Source: Chlorokybus atmophyticus | Taxonomy: Eukaryota; Plantae; Mesostigma and Chlorokybus algae | Length of the DNA stretch: 64,000 nt | Reading direction: 5' to 3' | NCBI GenBank assembly: GCA_009103225.1 | Contig: RHPI01000772.1 | Coordinates: 227,538-291,537, forward strand | Shown: positions 54,103 through 64,000 of the stretch, piece by piece | Numbering within the stretch: the first letter of the stretch is position 1 | Layout of the letters: each line of letters opens with the position of its first letter | The notes under the pieces: model-generated | Told to the model about the DNA's origin: nothing | Seen by the model: only the letters and a program-made list of their open reading frames with translations | Databases searched by the model: none | Position numbers and translations under genes: made by a program

Positions 54103-55396
54103 CTATGACTGAGCAGCGGCTTTGGTGAGCTCTGCAGCGGCGTCGTACGGATCCATCTTTCCAATGGAGCGGCTCAACTTGGTGTTTGTGGTGTACTGCA
54201 ACCATATTCACATGTGAAGCAAGTCACACGAGGAACACACGTGACCTTTTTGAATTCACAGCTGGCAATTGGCATCATCAAGTCAACAATGCACACCTTG
54301 GCGTTGCCTTTGTCCAAACCCCAGAAGCCGTACGGCCGAGATGGGAGGCGCCATTGTGCTTGCCTGTATATGTAGAGTTTATATAGAGTATTCAATTGAC
54401 TGTGCATATACCTCAAAACCTGGCATATGAGCATGGTTTTATAGCAAGCCCGCAGTGCGCTGCGTTACAGCCAACCAACTCACAACCACATACAGCGGTT
54501 GTGGCTAACACTACTAGCAAATTGAATGTTGTGCTGAAAATCAAAGGTTACGATAGCCGAAGCAAATCACGCACGCAGGACCCCTGACAATGTTCCCTCT
54601 GGTTTCAACAGTAATATATCCCGCTGCGTCAAACAAGATGACACGACACCATGCTGTACGCGACAAGTCTTTGGTCTCTGGTATGAACCCACAGGCCTGA
54701 ACCCACAAGTTGTATTGCATACGTGATGATGAGGGCGGCTGCTGACCATAAGCATACACCCCCGCAGCCCTCATTACGTAATGCGACACAATGCGCTGCA
54801 CTGCTTTTGCAAACTGTGCAAGAACTATGATGATGCTACAGTACCCGTGAACAAAGCGTCATGGGCCAGACAACTGTGTCAACTGTGTCAACTATGCAGC
54901 ACCTTCACAAAAATTCATAAGATAAAAATCGACAACCTAGACTGAAAACTGCTGTTGCATGCGTGTGCATGCATGCTTGCTGAAGACAAACTTGAGTAGT
55001 TGCGAAACAGCAAGTGTGGACTGGCCAATGTACTCTGTAAGCTACTCGGGGAAGAAAGCTTCTGTCACTGAGGGTTTGAGGGTTTGCACAAGGTGCTTAG
55101 TATTGAGGTTGCTTAACTATTACATCATATACCTCATCTGGACGGAATCAGTGCGCAGTCAGAAGATATCAAAATCCAAACGGCAAAATGAATACCACAA
55201 CAAGTTGATTCATAGAAGCAGTTTCTGCAGCAAGGCAAAGCAAAGCCATGCATTGTGCAAATCCGTCTGACACTTACAGGTCCTTGCAGCGCTCCTTGAC
55301 CTCGTAGACGTGATCGGCGAACGCCTTGTCCCTAGCGGCAGGGTCCTCCATGTGGCGGCGGATGAGATCCCGGGTGAAGCTCGTGATGAACCCCAT
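54103..55396 (-). CDS. Plant-specific mitochondrial complex I subunit P1 (At1g67350-like)
   Basis: Exons 55396-55278, 54363-54297 and 54195-54103 give MGFITSFTRDLIRRHMEDPAARDKAFADHVYEVKERCKDLQAQWRLPSRPYGFW...GKMDPYD. This matches the MGFI...MEDP..RD...W..P.RPYGFW...DPYD family signature. Confidence 0.85.
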
Positions 55397-56202
55397 CGTC
55401 GCCGCTGCCGACGACGACACCGCCACCACCGCTAACACCGCTATCAAACAAAGAAACTGCACACAAGTTAGGGTTATGGGTTGGGTTACAGTGCTCGGTT
55501 TTACAGTGTGCAGTGACGTCACGTCACCGATGCCGTGACGGCATTGCCTGACTGATGAGTTACGATGGTTTGATCAGATGTTTCACGCAGAAACTTGCAA
55601 CTTCAGAGCCGGTTTAGGGCTGATGTCAGCGTAGTGGCGGCGGCGGGGTGGGTTGCCGTGGCGGTGGCGGGATAGGCGTCCTTGCAGCGGCGTAAGATTG
55701 TGCGAAGGTGCGTAGTTGTGGCTCTCTGTTGTGGTGTGAGGTGCGTGGACTGCCGTGGCTCTGCCGCCCTCCAGAGGCTCTGTCACTGAGGTGCTTGCAT
55801 GCTTGGTTGGTAGTAGTCATTCACGCACGTAGTGTTTTCATGCTGCTTTGCTTTGCCGTGATACGTGTGGTAGTGTTGTCGCAATCATGCGGCTTCAGCT
55901 TGCATTGCTCATAAGCTTAGAACAAGCTTGGCCTGATGACCATTGAACATGTGAACCAATCTCATGTTAGCTTGAATACACGCAAGCCTCATTCTGCTGC
56001 TGCTGCTGCTGCTTGCCAGGCGTGTTTGCTGCAATCAACAAGCCCCAAGAAACTCTGTCTGCTTTGAATTGGTGGTATACCATCCGTTGTATTGTGAACC
56101 AAGAGACTTTCCAGCCAAAGACTCTGGCCAGCTTTTGCTCCAGCCACCACTGACACAACTATACACACATATACAGACGCTCCCACACGTGCACACGCAG
56201 AC

Positions 56203-57270
56203 ATGGCGGGTGTGATGGGCCACCTTATTAACACAGTGTTCTTCTGGAAGGCGCACTCGCACGGCTGCCAGGTGTGTGCACACACACTCTCTTGCAAGCA
56301 TGCACGTACATGTTGTTACCACTATCCATTTGAACACTTGCACGCATTGCTTGAGCATATTGTCATTCTCTTTATTGTCATTAGGCGAAGATTGACATCG
56401 GTGAGAATGAGAACCCCGACAGCGCCATCCTCAAGTTCAGGAGGGTGGTGAACTCCGCTGGTCTCATTCCGGAGGTTGGTAACAAGTTGGAACTCTGACT
56501 TTGTACTTTGACGTCGTACTTTGATGCTGTAATCCAGCAACCATGGCAACCTTGAACACACTGAAGAGTGTTCCATGCCAGTCTCTGCTGCAACTCTCTC
56601 TGCGGTGTGCGCGTGCATGCCTGCACATGGATGTTCTTGTGTCCTTGTGCCCGAGCGTGCATGTGCATGGGGCATATGTCTTTGCGTGCGTCTATGCCTG
56701 TGCGTCTATGCCTGTGTGTCTATGTGCGTGTCGGCTGACACACGTGCACGTGCATGTGCTCACACACACACTCCCCCTCTGCAGGTCCGTCGTCGCGCCC
56801 ACTTTGAGACTCCCCAGGACGTCACCAAGCGCAAGTTCCGTACCCGCATCGCGAACCGTCGCATGCAGCAGCGCCGTGGCGGCGCCCCCAAGACCCTCGC
56901 CGACAAGCGCGCCGAGGTCGCCAAAGCCAAGGAAGGGGCGGAGGCTTACAAGGAGAGAGTGTTGCAGAGGGCACAACGAGCTGAAAGATACGCTGCGAAT
57001 GCGCAGGCAAGAGTGGAGGGGAGTGGTAGTGCTCCAGGAATGCAAGTGTCACAAGCTGGCAATGCTTCGGCTATCGGTGGAGACTTGAACGGAGCAGCTG
57101 GTGCTGCTTCTGCTTCTGCCTCAACACCATCGGCATTGCCAACGTCAACGTCACCGAGAGTCTCAACGTCGACTTCAACTTCAAGGTCGTCTACATCGAA
57201 GCCGCCAACAGTATCAAAGTCGGCGGCGGCGGCGGCGGGTGTGGAGAAGGGTGCTGGCGCAGTGAGGTGA
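56203..57270 (+). CDS. RPS21: Organellar ribosomal protein bS21-like, paralog B (exons 56203-56271, 56385-56474, 56785-57270)
   Basis: IDIGENENPDSAILKFRRVVNSAGLIPE|VRRRAHFETPQDVTKRK is close to the cyanobacterial-type bS21 core. Confidence 0.85.
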
Positions 57271-58205
57271 TGATGAGGTTGATGATGCGGGGCAGTACGG
57301 TAGTTGTTATTCTGTGGTTGTGGACGTGGGTAGTGCGTGTGCGTGTGAGAGGTGCGTGGGCATGCTCTCCAACAGCAAGGCTGCCGACAGTTGTTGATGC
57401 TTACGCTTGGAAGAGTCATTGAGTTTCAGAGAGAAAAGGTTCAGTTTGGGGTCGACACGCTCTGATGACACATGCATACTTGCATGTGCTCAATCAACTG
57501 CGCAGCTTTTGTACACCTCTTGACTTGCACTTCTTTTGTTTTGGGGACAGTCAGCTGTTGGCAACACATATCAATTGGGTGGCTCGCAGTTGATCTTTGA
57601 CTGCGGTTGTCACATAGGCTTGAATGCAAGTGTTTATTGCATTCAACAATGCAAGACAGCAAGGGTTGACTTAGCCCCGCACAAGGTGTACACTTTGTAG
57701 CACATATGCGCGAACAAAATGTTCATGAGGGGGTGCTTTTGTTCTGGTGGCAGGTATTCTATTGGACACCGTCTTGTGCTATCGTCTATCTCCCTTGTCT
57801 ATTAGCATATGCAACAAGAGGCACCAAAGCAAGCGGTGCAGTAGTGGGCGGATAGGTGCCAGCCAAACACTTCCACAAGCACATCTGTCGTCATCTCAAG
57901 CAGATGTGACGTTGACTTCAAGTTTGAAGGGTGGGAACTCTCAACACGCCGCATGCAATGCACCACTTGGTAACTACATGAGCCCATATAATGTTGAGCA
58001 AGCATCATGTTGCCCTGTCATCGCAACAGCACTGGCGAGTGTTCAAAACCAAACATTCTAAAAACGCTACCATTTGTAGAGCGACAGTCACTGAACTACT
58101 GTCACTTGTTGATAAAGAACCAGCTACTGCCAGCACAATATGTGCTCAGCCACCCAATTAACCTAGCCCTACTCTCCAGCACCTTCTCAGCAACACGCAA
58201 ACGCA

Positions 58206-60520
58206 TCAAGCAGCCGCGTACACTTGTGCGCCAGTACTGCTACTGTCACCCAGCTGCCGGCTCTCATAAAACTCCATGAACATGTCCCGGCATGGAATGG
58301 AAGCCTTCAACTGCATCAGATTGCAGTGTTTTGTTATTCACCTCAGTAATGTTACGATGCTGCATGATGCATTACAAGCCATGACACAGGTGATGTGCAT
58401 GCACGTTGCATCACCTTGATGCACGCCAGAAATGCTCCGGACAGCTTGCGGTGAAGGCTGTACGCTTCTTCCGGCGGCGCAGTCAGCCTGTGCTGCAGCA
58501 TCACCTGCAAGCATGTCACACAACAACTGATTAATTGTCACCATACTCATCACGTATCATCAATGCAAGCATGCATGCATGCAAGACTAACAACAGGACT
58601 GTATGCTGTGTGCTGCTCTGTGTGATGAGAGTTACGGTTTACCCTTCCAAGCTCAGTGACACGGCGTGTCATCATTTTCTTGGCAAAGTCAAAGCGCCCC
58701 GGTTGCGAGAACGGTACACCTGAAACACACACATCCACCAATACCAACAGTTGGGCATACCATTCGTCAAGGCTCATACATGCAAGAAGCGACACACCGA
58801 AGCCTTACCAACAATGAAGCCAGCTTCCACATGCGCATCAAGCATCTCCCTGTTCAGAATACAATACTGTAACACTTGCACATGCACCCATCCCCACAGA
58901 ATAAGGCAGCAAACACCATGAGATTGGCCAAACCAAACCCACAACAACAAGACCATCACAACACGCGCACACGCCCCCACCCCACCCACACACACTCACC
59001 TCCTTTCCCTCCCCGTCAAGAACCCAAGCCTCACGCTCCCTTCAATAACCCCCGCCCGGTCCCGCTCGGCGCACGCGCGCACCATCCGCAGGTACTCGTC
59101 GACAAAGTCCCTGCGGAACGCGCGCGAGGCGCCGAAGTCGAGGAGGTGGAGCTTACGGGTCACGGGGTCGTACAGATAGTTGCCCCAGTTGGGATCCGTC
59201 TGGGGAAGAAAGAGTGGAGACAATGAGGTTTGTATTGTGGGGGTGGGGGTTGATGTGGTGTGTCTTACCTGCATGAATTGGAAGTCGAATAGCTCGCGCA
59301 GTGTGGAGCGCAGGAGCAGCTCGGCGACGCGGTCGCGCTCTGCTTGAGAGCGCAGAGCCACCTTGTCCAGATGCTCACCTGGCAGGAGACATCTTTCACT
59401 TGTAGGCAACATTCACAAGCTGACACACAGACGCATGCAATGCGCATGCCATGCTCGCATGCGCCCATACCCACTCACAATGAGCGACATGGATGTGTTC
59501 ACACCGCAAATGCACACACGCGTGTATACGCACGCACACACAGCCCCACGCATTCATAAATAAACCCCATGTCATCTAAGCATTGACAACATGACGGCCT
59601 GTACTCACAGTTTTGCACCACACCAACCCAGATGCACGGTACATGCACACGCGGTGGCGAACAGATGATGATCCAGCTAGCACCATTTTGTATACATCTG
59701 TGGCACGTACCATACACGAGCTCCGTGGCCAGCACGCGCTTGGTGCACAGGTGGTCAATAACCTCCGGCACGTAGAGGTCCGGGTCGTCCGCGAGCAGCC
59801 TCCTGAACCGCCGCTGCGACTCAGCCTCCATCACGTAATCGCACTCCACCGCCAGCTCCTCCCTCGCCACCTGTAAAACAGGCAACAACCATGCTCACGT
59901 GTGAGTACAAACACGGCGACGTTGAGTTGATGTGGTTGTACGCACGTGTCGCTGCAGCAATGTGTGTGCATCAGCGTGTGCAATACATGCGACACACACG
60001 CAAGCAGAAAAGTCAGCCCTCCTCAATGACAAGTCCACAAGTCGTCTGTCTCATCTCTCGCCGCCTCAGCAACTCAAAATCAAACCCGGGATACATAGTT
60101 GCAATCGCGGCGTGTGTATCACCAGGGCGAAGAAGGCCCCCAACGCCGGCTCAACCGTCGCTGAGGGCCATGATCACTGTGTGTAAGCGGGAGACCATTT
60201 GGCCATCATCACCGCCGGCGACGCCACTGTAGTGTGCATGGCGGGGGTGGCCACATGGTGCCCCGACATCACAGCAATCGTGGCTCTCAGCGGCGGTTGA
60301 ACCGTCGCAACATGATAGTATAGCGGAGGAACGGGCCAAGGGACTGTTACAGATACATGGAGCGGCAAGTTGCATGCACGCAGACAAGCACACATGCATT
60401 ACCTTCATGGCCTGCTCGACGTAGAGGCCTTTGGGCATGAGATTGGTGAAGGTGATGAGGCGCTTGAGGTTGTCGAGGTCGGACTGGATGGAGTCCGCCA
60501 CGCCTGGGTATTGCACCTGC

Positions 60521-60606
<86 letters not shown>

Positions 60607-63600
60607 CCAATTGCGGTATGCAGTGAAGTGTGTTGAAATTTGCATGATGATGTTGTCACCTTGAGAACAATTTCTTGACCAGTACTCTTCAGCACCGCTC
60701 TGTGCACTTGACCGATGCTGGCGGCAGCCATCGGCGCATCATCAAACTCCTGCTTATCACATTACAACACACGTGCTGGTGAACACTCTGGAATGCACAC
60801 AACAACAGTGAGCGTGCGGGTGTGTGAAGTGAAGACTCATACCTCAAAGTGGTCCCGCCAGTTGGGGCCGAGCTCCGTCCGCAGGACCTTGTAAAGCTGC
60901 AATGAAATGTTCGCAGTGAGTACACCCATCACAAACAATAACATCAACGTCAACATCAACAACAACCATACGCAGAGAGGGTACATCATGCTGCAAAAAG
61001 TGGTATCTCATACGGTTGATGAGATGGATGCAACTGATACACAAAATTGGACACTCAGGTTGAGCTGACAAGCAGTGTGTACCTGGCCTTTGGGCATGAC
61101 GTTGGCGTTGGAGCGCACTTTCTCAAGCGCGGCGAGCACGGGCGGCGGGACCACGTTCTCGTCTTGTATGGAGAGCATCTGGCCGAGCTTGAGTGCAGCA
61201 CCGCGCATGCTGTTGAAAGACAATGATGTTGAGTTCTTACCTCAAATTGAAGACCCAACATAGACTACAACCTTACATGTTTGCAGTCCCCCTTACCGGC
61301 ACAAAGCGGCTGCCAGCCTCTCCGCATTCGCTTCAGTGACAAACGCGCCGTACAACTGTGCAATGGGCAAGAAGCAACATGTTGGGTTGTTGGGTTGAAG
61401 TGTCATGGGTTGTTGTGCCTGTTGAAGTCGTACAAACCTGGTCTGATGAGCCGTCTTGCCCGAACAATGCTCTCCTGGCAGACTCCTGGATTGTGCCATA
61501 TGCCAGGCCGGCAGCCAAGCCACTAAACCTGGCAATCAAACCATTGACACCACGCACGTGCCTTTGTATGCACACGCACAGGCATGCACACACATGCACA
61601 CACATGCGTGCACACACATGCACACACACGCATTTGTACATGCACACACATGCGTGCACGCACGGGCATGTGCCTCGTCACCTTTGCACTATCTCCTCCT
61701 TGTACGTGTATGACGCGTGCACACACACATTGTGAGACCATCATCTCCAAAACCAAAACCTTTCTCCTCCTACCTGAAAACTCTTGCGAGCGGTGAGGCC
61801 GGCACGCGCGCCTCCCTGAACTCCCGCGCGGGCGGCCTCTCTCGCACACGCGGCTCTGCTCTCGATGAGGCTTGCAATGCGCGAGTGCTGTTGTTGACGC
61901 CGGCTGGGGAGCCTGTTGTTGGGTGGTGGAAAGGTAAGTAGTATACAGATGAATGCATGATTGTAGTAGAGCATGCGCAATCCCCTGATTGGTAGGAATG
62001 CAGTTGCATGAGTGTGGGGGTAATAGTCCTCTGGTATGTATGGCGAATGCGCAGTTGAATGCAGACTGTGTGGGTATGTGGGGAAATGTGTGGCAGGATT
62101 CACACACCCGCAGATGCACATACCCACACAACCATCACGCGCTACCAAGTGAACACCATGATAGCCATGTCAGCTCACCTTCAAGCCCTTAGGAACAGGC
62201 GTTGGCATAACACTGTGCCACCTGGCCTGGAATGCATTTATAAGACAACTGACTTTTCGACGTTGTTGCAAAACTAGGCAGGAGATACAATCTACGGACC
62301 AGCTCTGTGCAAGTCATGCAACCAGTTTCAACACGAGCACACGTGTATCAAGTAAACTGTGACACAATGGCATCAGTATTATGCGACCCTGAGAGCTGAT
62401 GCCAAGCACGATTGCTTTCCCAGGTACACGCATCAGCATCCCTACACACCCTCATGCAGTAGAGTAGTTACTCTAAGTACACACACATATGTACACACAC
62501 AGCATCCCTGACTGATGTTGTGTTGCGTCGTGCATTGCCGCCAGAGGCAAGCGCCCCATGTGACCGCTGGCAGAGCGGAGTCACACTGCAGAGCAGCAGG
62601 TGAAGATCACTGCTGGCCAGGCCAAGCACACAAGCACTGATGTTCACTGTTTTGATCGATATTGAACTATGGTGAGCCATTATGTAACACGCTCACGGGT
62701 GCACAACACCCGCACTTGTTTGTGAATGCATGTTACTGTACATACACTGTTGACCCCAACGTGGCGCACTCACGATTGGTATGTTAAACACATTGCCGCA
62801 TGACATATGTTGCCTCACCTGGGGAGTCAATGCCAGAGTGTCGAGGCGCAGGCTCGGGCGGCTTGTCCGCGTCGGGCAGCTCGTTAACGCGACGCTTCAC
62901 GGGCACACCTGGCGGCACACCGTCGACCACAACATCCTCCTGGAAAGCAAGCATGCATGCATGTGTGGTTTGATGTTGCACACACAAACACACACGCACA
63001 CACATGTGCACACACACACAAACACACAATGGTAGGCGCACGGATTCACTGCTTGAATTCGTTGAGAGCAATTGCTGCTCTCAACGAATTCAAACGCTCT
63101 GTAGAACCGAGCTTGTTTCATTTGTACGTCAATGCATACGACGATGTGTAAAACAGAATCGGCTCTACAGAGCTCTGGATTTGTTGAGAGCAGCAGTCAA
63201 TCTGTTCGCCTGCAGAGGCGTATGGCATTAAGCTACACATCTAGGGTTAGGGTGAGGGTTAGCGTGCGTTTGCCCATATGTTTGCGTGTCTAAGTTGTGT
63301 GCATGTCTACACACGTGTGTGTATGCACGCGCGCGCACACATGCAACGCTACCACCAGTCAGTGTCGTACCTCCACCAACTTCAGCGCCTCTTTGCTGAC
63401 GGGCAGCGGCTCCGCATCACCAACAAGCCAGGGCTTGTCTGAAGAACAAAACACACGCAAGTCAACATACCATAAGCTTGATACCAACTGCACTGTGTGG
63501 CGAAAAGGTGACAATTGCGCACACCTGGCGGATCGGCACCAAGCCTGTAGCGCGGTCTTGTTTCATCAGGCGTGTCATTGGCAGCTGCAACTCCTGAAGG

Positions 63601-64000
63601 CGAGTGCCGGGCGGTACTGTTTGCAAATGACACCTATATGATTATGATGTGGTTAAAATGCAGTCTTACACGGTTGTGCACCACGACATGTTGTTTGGGT
63701 GTTTGAATCCATGCACACTCTTGGCCACACAACAGCAGGCAAAAGGGGCAAGTTGTTACAGAATTGCATATATGCTTGCATATATGCTGAAGTACATCGT
63801 CCCTGTGTCAACTTACACGCACGTAAGTTGACAAAGGGACGAAGTCTACATTTATACTTCTTTACAAACGACGTTGATTCACATATCAAAAGAACTCGAA
63901 TAGCTTGTTAGGCAGCTCAATACCTCGAAGCCACTTGAGCTTGCTTGTGCCGCCTCCTCACCAGGCCTGTCGACTGCAAATGCGTGTTAACAAAGTCGAA
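58206..64000 (-). CDS. COQ8: COQ8/ABC1 (ADCK3/4-like) atypical kinase; 5' end outside the window
   Basis: [66 protein letters not shown] and IPCRD across many GT-AG exons. Confidence 0.95.
60521..60606 (+). repeat. (ATG)n trinucleotide microsatellite, about 28 units, in a COQ8 intron
   Basis: Directly visible. Confidence 0.97.

Noticed and set aside
60347-60731. Poly-His, poly-Asp, poly-Met, poly-Ile and poly-Ser ORFs
   Set aside because: All are translations of the intronic (ATG)n microsatellite.
63241-63262. TAGGGTTAGGGTGAGGGTTAG as telomere or promoter
   Set aside because: Only about 3 degenerate units, inside a COQ8 intron.

Overview
Intron-rich, GC-rich eukaryotic nuclear DNA, most likely from an early-diverging streptophyte (charophyte) green alga. 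This is an inference from a plant-type complex I P1 subunit, plastid-targeted MsrB, TTAGGG telo-boxes and a DNMT-bearing gypsy element. Positions 1-15.3 kb are a transposon cluster. It starts with the probable 3' end of a DNA transposon (DUF8039/TnpA-like exons plus a motif array). Next is a degenerate Ty3/gypsy element whose polyprotein carries a C5 cytosine methyltransferase between protease and RT and a PHD finger after integrase. A second degenerate chromovirus follows, with a possible Dam-like domain between gag and protease and a 320-bp LTR made of back-to-back hairpins. Nested in that chromovirus is a 534-bp TRIM with 80-bp LTRs, a 5-bp TSD and a tRNA-like A/B box spanning the LTR-PBS junction. 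Positions 16-64 kb hold host genes: a bacterial-type VLRF1 with a transit-peptide-like N-terminus, URB2, an atlastin, an unknown gene, histone H4 with a 3' stem-loop, a TH2-like HAD phosphatase, a NOL7-like gene, two MsrB genes, a START-fold protein, two bS21-like genes, complex I P1, and COQ8 (5' end outside the window). All family calls come from recognising motifs by eye; no database searches were run.
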